From contig CAVTTN010000002.1 of NCBI GenBank assembly GCA_963737655.1, positions 4,384,001 through 4,448,000 on the forward strand: 64,000 nucleotides of DNA. Direction: 5' to 3'. Below, in pieces: positions 21,442-31,623 of this stretch. The notes under the pieces were generated by a model. That model made no database searches, was not told where the DNA came from, and saw only the letters and a list, made by a program, of their open reading frames with translations. A program made the translations under genes and the position numbers. How positions within the stretch are numbered: the stretch's first letter is position 1; every line of letters starts with the position of its first letter. The stretch is from an uncultured Planctomycetota bacterium (GTDB lineage Bacteria; Planctomycetota; Planctomycetia; Isosphaerales; Isosphaeraceae).

Positions 21442-22562
21442 GAGACGCGTCGTGCGCAATCCGCTCGCGAACCGCTTTGGGCCGAAGGGGTCCGAGCCGG
21501 CCGGACGTGGGGCGAGGGGATCGCCAAGGGCGGCGTCTCGGCCCCCGGGGCGTACCGCACCCGGTCTTTCAGCGCGAGCAAAGGGCGCTCGACGAACCGC
21601 CAGGAGAGCGCCGCCACGCTCAAGCTCATCGCCAGTTTCGTCAGGTCCCTGAGCATCGGCCGGGCGATCTTCAGGTCATCAAACGTCCACTCGACGAGCC
21701 GGAAAATCGGGATGTGGTAGAGGTACAGGCCATAGCTCATCATCCCGAAGGCCACGAGCCAGGGGGCCCTCAGGGGTCGGAGCCACGACCGCCCCGAGGA
21801 CAGGACGACCGCGCCGACCAGCCCGGTATACAGGACGGCCAGCCGGGTGAACCGCAGGCCCACGGCCACCTCCGACCATCGCGCCGATCCTCGGGTCATC
21901 GCCTCGATGGGCAGGGCGGCCAGGATCGCCGCCAGGGCCAGGGCCCCGATCAGTCGCGCCCTCCGCGTCTCCACCCATCGGTGATCGGCGAGGATCGCGG
22001 CGAGCAAGGCGCCTAATACAAGGCCATCACACCGCGACAAAAGCAGGTAATTCGGCATCCCGCGGACCCGGAACACGGCCGACATCGCCATCAACGCCGG
22101 CGCCAGCACGAACAGCCCCCGACGGCCGACCCACCAGACCAGCAGCGGCCAGATCAGGTAGAACTGCTCCTCGATCGCCAGCGTCCACAGATGCCCGAAC
22201 GCCCGGGAGAACGGCGGCATGCCCACGCCAAAATAGTCGTGGACGCACTGGGTGTAGGTCAGGTAGTACGGCAGGGCGTCGAGCGGGGCGGGGTGCGTCC
22301 CGAACCGATTCACGACGAGGAAGACGGCGAAGGTCAGGTAGTAGATCGGGAAGATCCGCAGGGCCCGCCTCGCATAGAAGACCCGGAAGCCCCCGGGCCG
22401 GCGGATCGAGCCCAGGAGGACCGTCGTGATCAGGTAGCCCGAGAGGACGAAGAACAGGTCCACGGCCGAGGCCATCGGCTTGAAGTGGAACCGCCAATGG
22501 AACAGGACGATCACCGCCGCGGCGATCCCTCGCAACCCATCCAGTTCCGAGATCCGTCTCAT
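21438..22562 (-). CDS. Acyltransferase-3 family (OafA/YrhL-like) membrane O-acyltransferase
   Basis: ELDGLRGIA, VDLFFVLSGYLI, RRALRIFP, HLWTLAIEEQFY, SYGLYLYH. Confidence 0.9.
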   Translation of the reverse strand: MRRISELDGLRGIAAAVIVLFHWRFHFKPMASAVDLFFVLSGYLITTVLLGSIRRPGGFRVFYARRALRIFPIYYLTFAVFLVVNRFGTHPAPLDALPYYLTYTQCVHDYFGVGMPPFSRAFGHLWTLAIEEQFYLIWPLLVWWVGRRGLFVLAPALMAMSAVFRVRGMPNYLLLSRCDGLVLGALLAAILADHRWVETRRARLIGALALAAILAALPIEAMTRGSARWSEVAVGLRFTRLAVLYTGLVGAVVLSSGRSWLRPLRAPWLVAFGMMSYGLYLYHIPIFRLVEWTFDDLKIARPMLRDLTKLAMSLSVAALSWRFVERPLLALKDRVRYAPGAETPPLAIPSPHVRPARTPSAQSGSRADCARRVS

Positions 22563-22818
22563 CGCGAATCGTCCCCTTCGTCGGTCCGGCTCCTTCGACG
22601 GATTTCGGCCCAGGACACCCCAAAATCGCCGGACCGTCAACCGGAGAAATCGCGACGGGGCCGTTGAAAGGAAGATTCGCGAGGCCCTCCGACTCCCGAT
22701 CGTGCCCGCTTGACGCTTGCCCGATGAGCCGCGGAGTCTTAAGATCATCGGGGCCGAGACCGCGCCGCCGTCGGCAATCCTCCCGACGGAGCCGGTCCCC
22801 CTTTGGGTGAGATGATCG

Positions 22819-23310
22819 ATGAGATTCGCGATCCCGGGGATTCCCCTGCTGGTCACGATCGAGAGGCGGCCGAGGGAGGCCGCGAAGGGCCGAATTCGCG
22901 ACCTGATGGCCTGGATCGCCTTCGTCGCCGTGATCCTGGCCGCCGGGATGTTCATCGCGAGCCTGCCCGACCGCGTGAAGGGATTCCGGGCGATGGCCAA
23001 CCGGAATCGCGACGCCGCCTTTCAGGCCGAGTTCGCCCTCTCGACCCAGGAATCGACGCGGAAGAACTTCGAGAGCCGGGCCCAGTTGCTCGATCGCCGA
23101 GGCGCCGAGATCGCGAAGGAAGGAGACGCCGGGACCGCCGATTCGTTGCGGAGGGAGGCGGCCACCTATCGCGCCATCGCCAGGGCTCAGGCGGACGAGG
23201 CCGGGCGGTCCCGCAAGCGGATCGCCCACTTCCAGACGCTCGCCGACAAGTACGCCAAGGCCGCCGAACGCCCCTATCTGCCCGTCGGCCCCGACCCCTC
23301 CGAACCCTGA
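22819..23310 (+). CDS. Hypothetical single-TM helical protein
   Basis: RIRDLMAWIAFVAVIL N-terminal TM; helical body ending KYAKAAERPYLPVGPDP. Confidence 0.65.
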   Translation: MRFAIPGIPLLVTIERRPREAAKGRIRDLMAWIAFVAVILAAGMFIASLPDRVKGFRAMANRNRDAAFQAEFALSTQESTRKNFESRAQLLDRRGAEIAKEGDAGTADSLRREAATYRAIARAQADEAGRSRKRIAHFQTLADKYAKAAERPYLPVGPDPSEP

Positions 23311-23738
23311 TCGGCGAGCCGGTCGTACGGGACGATGTTCTGCCACTCGTCGGCGTCGGACCGGGCGACGACCGCGACCACCGGCTCCTCGTCGCTGAGG
23401 TTGAAGACCTCGTGGGGGACGCCGGGCTCGATGAACAGGAAGTCGCCGGCCGAGTTCTCCACCACGTTCTTCAGCCCCGGGCCGTACTCGTGCCGGACCC
23501 GGCCCTGGAGGATGTAGAGCATCAGCTCGAAATCGACGTGGATGTGCGCATAGGCGACGCCTCCGGGCGGGATCGTCGCCACGTTCATCGACAGCTTCTT
23601 CGCCCCGACGTTCTTGGCCGAGAGGCCCACCTTGTAGTGGATGCCGTTCCAGTCCCGGCAGTTGCCCGAGGCGCGGATCACCGAGATCCCGTCGCGGCCC
23701 TCGACGTCCCGGGCCAGGTCGATCGGTTCGGACGGCAT
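23274..23738 (-). CDS. Cupin domain protein
   Basis: HIHxxxE..GDFLFIEPGVPH. Confidence 0.85.
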   Translation of the reverse strand: MPSEPIDLARDVEGRDGISVIRASGNCRDWNGIHYKVGLSAKNVGAKKLSMNVATIPPGGVAYAHIHVDFELMLYILQGRVRHEYGPGLKNVVENSAGDFLFIEPGVPHEVFNLSDEEPVVAVVARSDADEWQNIVPYDRLADQGSEGSGPTGR

Positions 23739-23757
23739 GTTCGGCGGCCCCCTCGTC

Positions 23758-24168
23758 TCACTTCATCGCGAGCAGCTCGATGGTACGCTTCACGAACGCG
23801 GAGGCGGCGGCGAGGTTCTCCTCGGGCGGCCTCTTCATCCCCTGGGCCCGTTCGAAGGCGTGGACGTGGGCCGGGTCGAGCAGGCCGCTCTTCACGTAAA
23901 GGTCCTCGCACGCGAGCAGGAGGCAGCGGAGGCCCATCTCGCGGTAGCCCTTGTTGTAGACCAGGGCGCGGAGGCAGGAGAACATGGCCTCATAGCTGAG
24001 GAAGCTGATGTCCGCGCGGTCCCCCTGGCCGGTGAAGTTGATGTTGGCCGCGGCCTCCAGCCGGTCGGCGGCGGTGGACATCAGGCCGCCCACTCGGGTC
24101 GGCGCGTCCTTGTCCTCGACGAGGTACGGGCTGTCCAGGCACTTCGGGAAGGTGTTGATAATCGCCAT
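23758..24168 (-). CDS. HEPN-domain-like protein
   Basis: A..L..A...SYEAMFSCLRALV..G pattern of HEPN folds; no adjacent nucleotidyltransferase. Confidence 0.6.
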   Translation of the reverse strand: MAIINTFPKCLDSPYLVEDKDAPTRVGGLMSTAADRLEAAANINFTGQGDRADISFLSYEAMFSCLRALVYNKGYREMGLRCLLLACEDLYVKSGLLDPAHVHAFERAQGMKRPPEENLAAASAFVKRTIELLAMK

Positions 24169-24223
24169 CGGCGAGGGCCTCGATTCGATCGGATCGCGGA
24201 GGGAAGGTCCGGGAGGTCGCTCG

Positions 24224-26104
24224 TCAGTCGTCCTGGGGCTTGGCCTCGCTCGACTTCGGCCGGTCCTCGGCCTTCGGCGAGGCCGGCGGGGTGGCCGAGG
24301 CCTTGCCCTTCCCTTTGCCTTGCCCCTTGCCCTGGGCCTTCCCCTTCGGGGCGCCCCCGCCCCCGCCGCCTCCGGGAGGGCCTCCGGCCTTGCCCTTGGG
24401 CGCGGAGCCTCCGGCGGAGGCGCCTCCGCCCTTGGCGGTGAATTCCGCCGCGCCTTTCTTGGCCTGCTCCAGCCGTTCCTCCGGGGTGGTGCGGAACCCG
24501 GGCTCGGCCGAGGTGGCGTGGCGAATGTCCCCCAGGGGGCGGGTCTTCGAGGCGTCGGTCATGGCGCGGAGCAACGGGGTCGGGTAGAGGCCGCACCCCA
24601 CCGCCACGGCCGTGGCCGCGACGACCGAGACGGTCACTCCCAGGGGGGCACGGCCCGTCGTCGTCGAGCGGGCCGGGCGGAGGAACATCGCCTTGAGCAC
24701 CCGGACGTAATAAAACGCCGAGACCACGCTGTTGAACAGGCCCAGCGCCACCAGCCACGTCAGCGTGATCCGCCCCTTCTCGCCCGTGTTCATGGCTTCC
24801 ATGAACATGTAGAGCTTGCCGAAAAATCCGGCCAGGGGGGGCATGCCGATCAGCGAGAGCATCAGCAGGACGATGCACACGGCCAGGAACGGCGAGCGGG
24901 AGCCGAGGCCGTCAAGTTCCGCGATGTCGTCCCGGCCGGTGTCGCGGACGATCCACGCCGCGACGGCCAGGGCCCCGGCCGTCGCGAAGGAGTAGACGAC
25001 CAGGTAGAACAGGACCGGCCCGGTGTCCATCTTCTGGGTGGTCGAGACGCTCGCCGCCAGGACGCCCACGAGCATGTAGCCGGCGTGGGCGATCGAGGAA
25101 TAGGCGAGCATCCTCTTGAAGTTCTTCTGGGCGAGCGCCGCGAAGTTGCCGAACGTCATGGTGGCGGCGGAGATCGCGGCGATCAGGCCGATCCAGCCGG
25201 GGCTGGTGAGCTCGCCGGGCCTCATCGCCCAGGGGGCCAGGCCGCCGACGAGAACCTTGATCATCGCCACGAAGCTGGCGATCTTCGAGCCGGTCGCCAC
25301 CCAGGCCGTGACCGGGGCCGGGGCGCCCTCGTAGGCGTCGGGCGCCCATTGGTGGAACGGGACGGCCGCGATCTTGAACCCGAACCCGACCAGCACGAGC
25401 AACACCGCCACCGCCCCGGCGAGGTTCCCCTGGAGGCCCTTCGGCGCCGACCCGCCGGCGAGCAGGCCCTGGATCGCGTCGATCCGCGTGCTGCCGGTCA
25501 GCCCGTAGATCAGGCTGAGGCCGAAGAGGAACAGGGCCGAGGAGACCGACCCGTAGACGAAGTACTTGAGGCCCCCCTCGGCCGACCGCCGTTTGCCCTT
25601 TTCGAACGCGGCCATCATGTAGAGGCAGAGGGTCATCGTCTCCAGGGTCAGGAACAGCGTGAGCAATTCCTCCGAGGCGACCAGGAGCATCATCCCCACG
25701 CCCGACCAGCAGAGCAGGGCAAAATACTCGCCCCAGTGCTCGGTGAAGTCCCACGCCATCGACTGCGCGACGATCAGCGCGAGCAGGCCGAGGAGCGTGA
25801 GGTCCATCCAGCTCGTCACGCCGTCGCTGGTCAATACGCCGGAGAACAACGAGACGTAGAGGCCGGCGGTGTTGAAGCCGCCCCTGTCGGCCGGGAGCAT
25901 CATCGCGACCTGCAGGCCGGCGATGCCGACGACCCCGAGCAGGGTCAGCCAGCCCAGCCGCCCCCTCCGCTCCGGGCCGGGCTTCTTGCGGAGCAGGGCG
26001 AAGTCGTACATCAGGACGATCAGGCCGAGCGCCGTCAGGGCGATCACCGGGGCGATGAAGAAGAGGTCCCCCTTCAGGGCCTCGATCGGGTCGAAGTCTT
26101 TCAT
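24224..26104 (-). CDS. nuoN: NADH-quinone oxidoreductase subunit N with low-complexity C-terminal tail
   Basis: EGGLKYF, FKIAAVPFHQWAPDAYEGAP, KRMLAYSSIAHAGY. Confidence 0.92.
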   Translation of the reverse strand: MKDFDPIEALKGDLFFIAPVIALTALGLIVLMYDFALLRKKPGPERRGRLGWLTLLGVVGIAGLQVAMMLPADRGGFNTAGLYVSLFSGVLTSDGVTSWMDLTLLGLLALIVAQSMAWDFTEHWGEYFALLCWSGVGMMLLVASEELLTLFLTLETMTLCLYMMAAFEKGKRRSAEGGLKYFVYGSVSSALFLFGLSLIYGLTGSTRIDAIQGLLAGGSAPKGLQGNLAGAVAVLLVLVGFGFKIAAVPFHQWAPDAYEGAPAPVTAWVATGSKIASFVAMIKVLVGGLAPWAMRPGELTSPGWIGLIAAISAATMTFGNFAALAQKNFKRMLAYSSIAHAGYMLVGVLAASVSTTQKMDTGPVLFYLVVYSFATAGALAVAAWIVRDTGRDDIAELDGLGSRSPFLAVCIVLLMLSLIGMPPLAGFFGKLYMFMEAMNTGEKGRITLTWLVALGLFNSVVSAFYYVRVLKAMFLRPARSTTTGRAPLGVTVSVVAATAVAVGCGLYPTPLLRAMTDASKTRPLGDIRHATSAEPGFRTTPEERLEQAKKGAAEFTAKGGGASAGGSAPKGKAGGPPGGGGGGGAPKGKAQGKGQGKGKGKASATPPASPKAEDRPKSSEAKPQDD

Positions 26105-26171
26105 CGGCGGCGCCTGGGTCCTGCGGGTCGGGTCGGGTCGATGCGCGGTTCAGAGCCAGGGAGAGGGGGGA

Positions 26172-26501
26172 TCAGCCGGCCATGCTGTCGAAGCGGTCGA
26201 TGTCGGCGGCCTTCCAGCGGCGGTAGCACAGGAGGATCAGGCCGATCCCCACGGCGACCTCGGCCGCGGCGATCGTGATGACGAAGATGGCCATCATCAC
26301 CCCGGTCAGGGGCCCTTCGCCGGCGGGCGGGGTGCCGTACCGCCAGAAGGCGATGAAGTTGATGTTCGCCGCGTTGAGCATGATTTCGATCGCCATGAGC
26401 ACGGCGATGGCGTTGCGCCGGGCCATCACGCCGAACAGGCCGATGGCGAACGACGCGGCGGCGAAATAGAGGAACCAGCTCAGGGGGATGTCGTCGGTCA
26501 T
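26172..26501 (-). CDS. nuoK: NADH-quinone oxidoreductase subunit K
   Basis: RRNAIAVLMAIEIMLNA, AAAEVAVG; ATGA overlap with nuoJ. Confidence 0.92.
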   Translation of the reverse strand: MTDDIPLSWFLYFAAASFAIGLFGVMARRNAIAVLMAIEIMLNAANINFIAFWRYGTPPAGEGPLTGVMMAIFVITIAAAEVAVGIGLILLCYRRWKAADIDRFDSMAG

Positions 26502-27292
26502 GCCTGGCCCCTGTCGGGGGTCTCGGGGGAGAGCTTCGCGCCGGCCAGGGTCCCGGCGACGGCGTGGCCGTTGGTCGGGTCGGGCGAGGCCGGCCCCTCG
26601 GTGCCCCCTCGGCCGGTCTGCGCGGCGCCGAGGCGGAAGTGCGGGTCCTTTTCGTCCGATTGCGCCAGGGCGATCGCGCCGACTAGGGCCGCCGTGAGCA
26701 ACAGACCTGCGACCTCGAAGGGGATCACAAATCGTCGGAGCATCTCGTCGCCCACGGCCTTGCCCATGTTGGCGATCGCGGCCGATCGGCCGTCGGTCGG
26801 CGGGGCGTCCGGATCGGGCGGGACGAACTTCGGCCTCTGGGCGAGGATCGACCACGCCGGGTTCCCGCCCAGCCCTTGCTCGCGGGCGATCCCGGTGGCC
26901 AGCATCGCCAGGAGGCCGAAGGCGATCACCCCGGCCGGCAGCTTCCTCATCCAGTGCCCGCCGGTCGTCTCGTCCCCCTGGATGTTCCGGGTCAGCATGA
27001 TCCCGAACATCAGGATGATGGCCACCGCCCCGATGTAGACGAGCACCTGCATGGCGGCCATGAACTCGGCTTCGAGCAACACGAACGTGCACGCGACCAG
27101 GAAGAAGAACCCCACGAGGAACAGGGCCGCGTGGACGAGGTTCCTCGCCACGACCGTCCCCACCGCCGTGAGCAGGCCGAGCGAGGCGATCACCAGAAAG
27201 AGGATGCGGATCAAGGGGTCGGACTCCCGGGAGATTCGGTCCGCCGATGTCGCGGAGAGAGAGAGGGGGTCGAGGGTCGTCGGATGGATCAC
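26498..27292 (-). CDS. nuoJ: NADH-quinone oxidoreductase subunit J
   Basis: NLVHAALFL, QVLVYIGAVAIL, PFEVAGLLL; GTGA overlap with nuoH. Confidence 0.9.
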   Translation of the reverse strand: MIHPTTLDPLSLSATSADRISRESDPLIRILFLVIASLGLLTAVGTVVARNLVHAALFLVGFFFLVACTFVLLEAEFMAAMQVLVYIGAVAIILMFGIMLTRNIQGDETTGGHWMRKLPAGVIAFGLLAMLATGIAREQGLGGNPAWSILAQRPKFVPPDPDAPPTDGRSAAIANMGKAVGDEMLRRFVIPFEVAGLLLTAALVGAIALAQSDEKDPHFRLGAAQTGRGGTEGPASPDPTNGHAVAGTLAGAKLSPETPDRGQA

Positions 27293-28593
27293 TTCCTGGC
27301 GAAGGCATAGTCTCGGCGGAGGGGGGCGGCCAGGGTCGGCGCCTCCTCGCGGGTCGCTCGGTTCAGCCAGAGGACGAAGGCGACGGCGAGGATCTCCAGG
27401 GGGCCCGTGTAGATCCAGCCCCAGAGCTTGTCCATCGCGGTCGGCAAGTAGTCCGGCAGGTGGCCGATGGTCACCTCCTGCCAGATCGCCGCGATCACCA
27501 GGTTGAGGATCGCCAGCGGGATCATCGTCTTCCACGCGAACCCCATGAGCTGGTCCACCCGGAGCCTCGGCAGGGTGACGCGGACCCAGAACATGAAGAA
27601 CACGTAGAAGAACACCTTCGTGAAGAAAATTCCCGTGGTGATCGCGTTCACCAGGACGAACGACGGCACGGTGTCGGTCAGGATCGAGCGGAAGTCGAAG
27701 AACGGCAGCGAGCCGCCGCCGAGGAACAGGCTGGTCCCCAGGCAGCTCACGCCGAAGACGCTGAGGTACTCGGCCAGGAAGAACAGGCCGAACCTCATCC
27801 CGGAATACTCGGTGTGATAGCCCGCGATGATCTCCGACTCGGCCTCGGGCAGGTCGAACGGCGTCCGGTTCACCTCGGCGATGTTGGCGATCGTCAGGAG
27901 GATGAACGACACCAGGCCCGGGGGCGAGAAGAGGAACCAGCCGTCGTCGAGCTGGCGGTTGAGGATCGCCACCATGCTCAGGCTGCCGGTCCAGAGGATG
28001 ATGGGGACCGTCGCCAGGACCTGAGGCACTTCATACGAGACGAGCTGGGCCACGGCCCTCATGGCCCCGAGCAAGGAGTACTTGTTGCGGCTCGACCATC
28101 CCGCGAGGAAGATGCCGAGGCTCGAGATGCTCGAGACGGCGATCAGGTAGAGCAGGCCCGAGGGCAAATCGACCGGGACCAGCCCCGTCACGCGGTTGCC
28201 GACCTTGCCGCCGAAGCCGAACGGGATCACGGCGAGGACCAGGAACGCCGAGACGAGCAAGATGACCGGCGCCAGCAGGTGGACGACGGCATCGGCGGCC
28301 TTGGGGACGATGTTTTCCTTGGTGATCAGCTTCAGGGCGTCGGCGATCGGCTGGAGGAGGCCGAGAGGGCCCACGCGGTTCGGGCCGATCCGGTCCTGGA
28401 ACCTCGCGGCGACCTTGCGCTCGGCCCAGACCATGTAGGCGACGATCCCGGGGAAGGCGCCGAAGAACGCCAGGCCGAGCCACGCCAGCCAGATCACGTG
28501 CTGGCGGGTCAGGGGGCCGAGCATCGGCTCGTCGATCCACGCGGTCGAGGAGGCGGCCTCCTGGGCCAGGATCATCGGCAGGGCGAAATTCAC
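27289..28593 (-). CDS. nuoH: NADH-quinone oxidoreductase subunit H
   Basis: ERKVAARFQDRIGPNRVG, QPIADALKL, NRTPFDLPEAESE, PRLRVDQ. Confidence 0.95.
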   Translation of the reverse strand: MNFALPMILAQEAASSTAWIDEPMLGPLTRQHVIWLAWLGLAFFGAFPGIVAYMVWAERKVAARFQDRIGPNRVGPLGLLQPIADALKLITKENIVPKAADAVVHLLAPVILLVSAFLVLAVIPFGFGGKVGNRVTGLVPVDLPSGLLYLIAVSSISSLGIFLAGWSSRNKYSLLGAMRAVAQLVSYEVPQVLATVPIILWTGSLSMVAILNRQLDDGWFLFSPPGLVSFILLTIANIAEVNRTPFDLPEAESEIIAGYHTEYSGMRFGLFFLAEYLSVFGVSCLGTSLFLGGGSLPFFDFRSILTDTVPSFVLVNAITTGIFFTKVFFYVFFMFWVRVTLPRLRVDQLMGFAWKTMIPLAILNLVIAAIWQEVTIGHLPDYLPTAMDKLWGWIYTGPLEILAVAFVLWLNRATREEAPTLAAPLRRDYAFARK

Positions 28594-28636
28594 CGTGGAG
28601 GCTCCCCATCGCGGACCGATTCCCGGATCAATCCGA

Positions 28637-28996
28637 TCAGACCCACCGCAAGACGCCCTTGGCCCAGGCGTAGGCCAGCCCGATGGCCAGCATCGCGAGG
28701 AAGATGACCATCTCGACCAGGGCGAACGTCCCCAGGGCCCCGTAGCTGACCGCCCAGGGGTAGAGGAACACCGTCTCGATGTCGAACACCAGGAACATCA
28801 ACGCATAAATGTAATACTGGATGCGGAACCGGACCCAGGTCTCCCCGGTGGTCAGGAGGCCGCACTCATACGTGTCCCCCTTCGACCGCGATGTCTTCCT
28901 CGGCGCCACGATCGCCACGACGACCAGGGGGGCGACGGCGAAGCCGATCGCGCCGAGGAGGAGCAGGCCGATGAAGAGGTAGGACGAGAGGATCAT
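28637..28996 (-). CDS. nuoA: NADH-quinone oxidoreductase subunit A
   Basis: YECG, FLVFDIETVFLYPWA, YAWAKGVL. Confidence 0.95.
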   Translation of the reverse strand: MILSSYLFIGLLLLGAIGFAVAPLVVVAIVAPRKTSRSKGDTYECGLLTTGETWVRFRIQYYIYALMFLVFDIETVFLYPWAVSYGALGTFALVEMVIFLAMLAIGLAYAWAKGVLRWV

Positions 28997-29019
28997 GGGG
29001 TGTCCCGAGGGAATCGAAT

Positions 29020-29304
29020 CTAGAGGGGCCGGACCTCGGTGTTCTCGTCCAGGGCGACGACGGTGATCTCGCCGTCGTCCTTGAGGAGGCGGAGGGTGGG
29101 CTGGCTGACGTACATCGCCTTGCCGCCCATCTCCATCCCGCCGACGGGCCGGAGGCCCTCGGCCTCGACCGTGCCGGTCACCTCGGTGGTCCAGCGGCGA
29201 TGCCCCACGCGGACGTGCTGGACCACGCGGACGGCCGTCCCGGGGGCGTATTTCGGAGGCGGAGGGGTCGGAATCATGAGGTCTCTCGGCTCAGGAGCGG
29301 ACAT
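29020..29304 (-). CDS. Small hypothetical beta-rich protein between nuoI and nuoA
   Basis: Co-oriented, coding-like codon usage. Confidence 0.65.
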   Translation of the reverse strand: MSAPEPRDLMIPTPPPPKYAPGTAVRVVQHVRVGHRRWTTEVTGTVEAEGLRPVGGMEMGGKAMYVSQPTLRLLKDDGEITVVALDENTEVRPL

Positions 29305-29361
29305 CCTAACGGTGGGGGCAGGCGGGGGCAAGGGGCGCGACCGGCGACTTTCGCCGGATCG

Positions 29362-30060
29362 TCACGCCTTCGCCTTCGAGGGGGCGGCGGCGGGCTTCGC
29401 GGCGGTCGCCCCGAGCGCCTTCTGGAGCCTCTGGTCCTTCTTCTTCTGGACCTTTCCGCGCTCGGTGACCTCGTCGGAGGACGCCCACGCCTCGGGGTGG
29501 GTCTTCGCGTAATACTCGGTGGAGACCAGCAAGTCCTGGAGGCTGAAGATGTGCGTCTGGTGCCTCTCGAAGTTCGAGAGCTCGAAGTTCTGGTCCATTT
29601 TGATGGCGTCGAACGGGCAATACTCGGAGCAGAGCCCGCAATTCATGCAGACGTCCATGTCGATGAAGAAGTCTTCGGGCAACGGCACGGGCGCGCCGTT
29701 GGGTCCCTGGGCGTGGGTCATCCAGATGCATTGCGGCGGGCAGACCTTCGCGCAGATGTTGCACGAGGTGCAGCGGACGTTGCCGTCGGCGTCGTCGTAG
29801 ACGAGCATCGGCAGCATGCGGAACCGCTCGTAGACCGGCAGGCGCTCGTCGGGGTACTCGACGGTGAAGAGGCCCTCGGTGGTGGCGTCCTGCCGGATCG
29901 TGGGCTGCGACCCCCGGGTCTTGGGGCCGAACCAGAGGTCGAAGAACTGGTGGCCGCCGCCTCGACGGCGGAGCGTGGCCCCGTCGCCGACGAAGAACGT
30001 GCGGACGAACCGACGGAGGGTCACCCAGTGGCCGATGAACAGGCCCTTGCCGAAGCTCAT
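29362..30060 (-). CDS. nuoI: NADH-quinone oxidoreductase subunit I
   Basis: TVEYPDE..RFR; two CxxCxxCxxxCP motifs. Confidence 0.9.
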   Translation of the reverse strand: MSFGKGLFIGHWVTLRRFVRTFFVGDGATLRRRGGGHQFFDLWFGPKTRGSQPTIRQDATTEGLFTVEYPDERLPVYERFRMLPMLVYDDADGNVRCTSCNICAKVCPPQCIWMTHAQGPNGAPVPLPEDFFIDMDVCMNCGLCSEYCPFDAIKMDQNFELSNFERHQTHIFSLQDLLVSTEYYAKTHPEAWASSDEVTERGKVQKKKDQRLQKALGATAAKPAAAPSKAKA

Positions 30061-30707
30061 GAGGTCCTTCCTTTGTCGCCGACAGGTCCGGCGCCGACGG
30101 CCTCGGGGGCGTCGCCCGCGCAGTGGATGAGGATTCCGAGGATCTTGCCGATACGTTCGATGTGGTACTCGTGCTCATCCAGGGCCAGGGTCGCCCCATC
30201 GAGCCGGAGGAACTGCCAGAGCGATCCGGTGGTGACGGCCCCGTAGATCAGGTCGGCAGGCGACCCGTCCCTCTCGTTGAAGACCCGGGCGCCGACCATC
30301 GCGGCGGCGCACTGGCCCAGGCCGAGCTGGATGTTATCCCGTTTCGCCTCGATGACCACCAGGACCGGGGACACCAGGAACATCTGCTCGGGGGACCTCG
30401 CCAGGAGGAAGTCGCAGACGCCGGAGAGGCCCTGGGAGGCGTCGGCCGCCAGCTCGATCCCGGAGAACAGCGCGACGCGGCGGCCGAGGCGCTCGCGGAC
30501 CTCGACCAGGATCGGCGCCACGAGGAATTCCGATCGCGCCTTTTCCGTGTTATTGGCCAGCGCGAGCGGGTAGTTGCGGTTCAGGGTCCCCGTGAGGTAG
30601 TCGCCCTCCTCGGATTCCGGGACGTCGGCGAAGAGGTCCGGAGTCGGGACGACCGACAGGCCGAACCGGCGGGTGGCTTCCTTCAGGGTGAAATCGCCGT
30701 AAGACAT
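30057..30707 (-). CDS. Hypothetical PD-(D/E)xK restriction-endonuclease-fold-like protein (paralog 2)
   Basis: EKARSE..GVCDFLL..IEAK..GLGQC..GAVTTG..WQFL; stop overlaps the nuoI ATG. Confidence 0.7.
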   Translation of the reverse strand: MSYGDFTLKEATRRFGLSVVPTPDLFADVPESEEGDYLTGTLNRNYPLALANNTEKARSEFLVAPILVEVRERLGRRVALFSGIELAADASQGLSGVCDFLLARSPEQMFLVSPVLVVIEAKRDNIQLGLGQCAAAMVGARVFNERDGSPADLIYGAVTTGSLWQFLRLDGATLALDEHEYHIERIGKILGILIHCAGDAPEAVGAGPVGDKGRTS

Positions 30708-30712
30708 GCCGA

Positions 30713-31576
30713 TCAACGCCCCCCCGGGTCGTCCGGGGCCTTGGCCTCGGACTTCTTCTTGGAGCGGCTCGACTTGGATTTCGACGACGGGGTCGCCGAA
30801 CCCTTCGAGGCCGCCGACGAGGGCGGTTCGGCGAGGCTGGGGTCGATCTTGGCGAGGTCGAACGGCTCGCCGAGCAGGGCGTTGAAGGCGTCCTTCTGGC
30901 CCTTGCTGAGGATCGCGCCGATCCGGCCGGAGGCGGTGTCGCGGATCATCGCGGCCTGGCGGCGGAGGGCCGGGCCCTGGGCGGCGTCGGCCTGGCCCAT
31001 CAGCGTCGCCTGCCGGGCCAGGGCGACGACCTGCCTCTGGCCGAGCCTCCATTCATTCACGATCTGGGAGATCCGCTCGTACTGATCGGGCTTGACCTTG
31101 ATCCGGGCGGAGACCTCGGGCCGGGAGACCGACAGCGGGCCTTCGATCCGGTAGACGATCTGCTGGAGCCGCTCGGTCTGCTTGGGCTTGAGGACCTCGC
31201 CCACGGCCTTCTCGTTCTCCTGGCGGAACCTGGACCACGCCGCGAACAGGGCCTCGGGGTCGTTCGCCCCGCCCAGGACCGACGCCCGGAACAGGTCGGC
31301 CCCTTTCATGGTCATTTCCTTGTAGATATCGAACACCTCGGTCTTCTGCTCGGCGGTCAGCTTCAATTCCTCCTGGACGGCCGGCGCCTGGATCACCAGC
31401 AAGACGTTCGCCCCCTCGGGCCCGAGGACGTTGCCGGTCCGGGACGACCGCGGGGAGGAAGACTTCGCCGCGGTATCCTCCCCCTTCGCGGAATCCTTCT
31501 CCTTCGCGGTTTGCGCCAGGCAGGGAACGGCCCAGGCCAGGAGGACCGCCAGCGCCGCCGGTCGGATCGTCGCCAT
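30713..31576 (-). CDS. Secreted helical protein with LTxxQ-like (Spy/CpxP-like) repeats
   Basis: Signal peptide; VQEELKLTAEQK, VLKPKQ.ERL.QI, ILSKGQK..LLGEPF. Confidence 0.7.
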   Translation of the reverse strand: MATIRPAALAVLLAWAVPCLAQTAKEKDSAKGEDTAAKSSSPRSSRTGNVLGPEGANVLLVIQAPAVQEELKLTAEQKTEVFDIYKEMTMKGADLFRASVLGGANDPEALFAAWSRFRQENEKAVGEVLKPKQTERLQQIVYRIEGPLSVSRPEVSARIKVKPDQYERISQIVNEWRLGQRQVVALARQATLMGQADAAQGPALRRQAAMIRDTASGRIGAILSKGQKDAFNALLGEPFDLAKIDPSLAEPPSSAASKGSATPSSKSKSSRSKKKSEAKAPDDPGGR

Positions 31577-31623
31577 GAGTCGTTCCTCCCCAGGGGGCCG
31601 TGCTCTGCCGGGTCGATCCGCCT

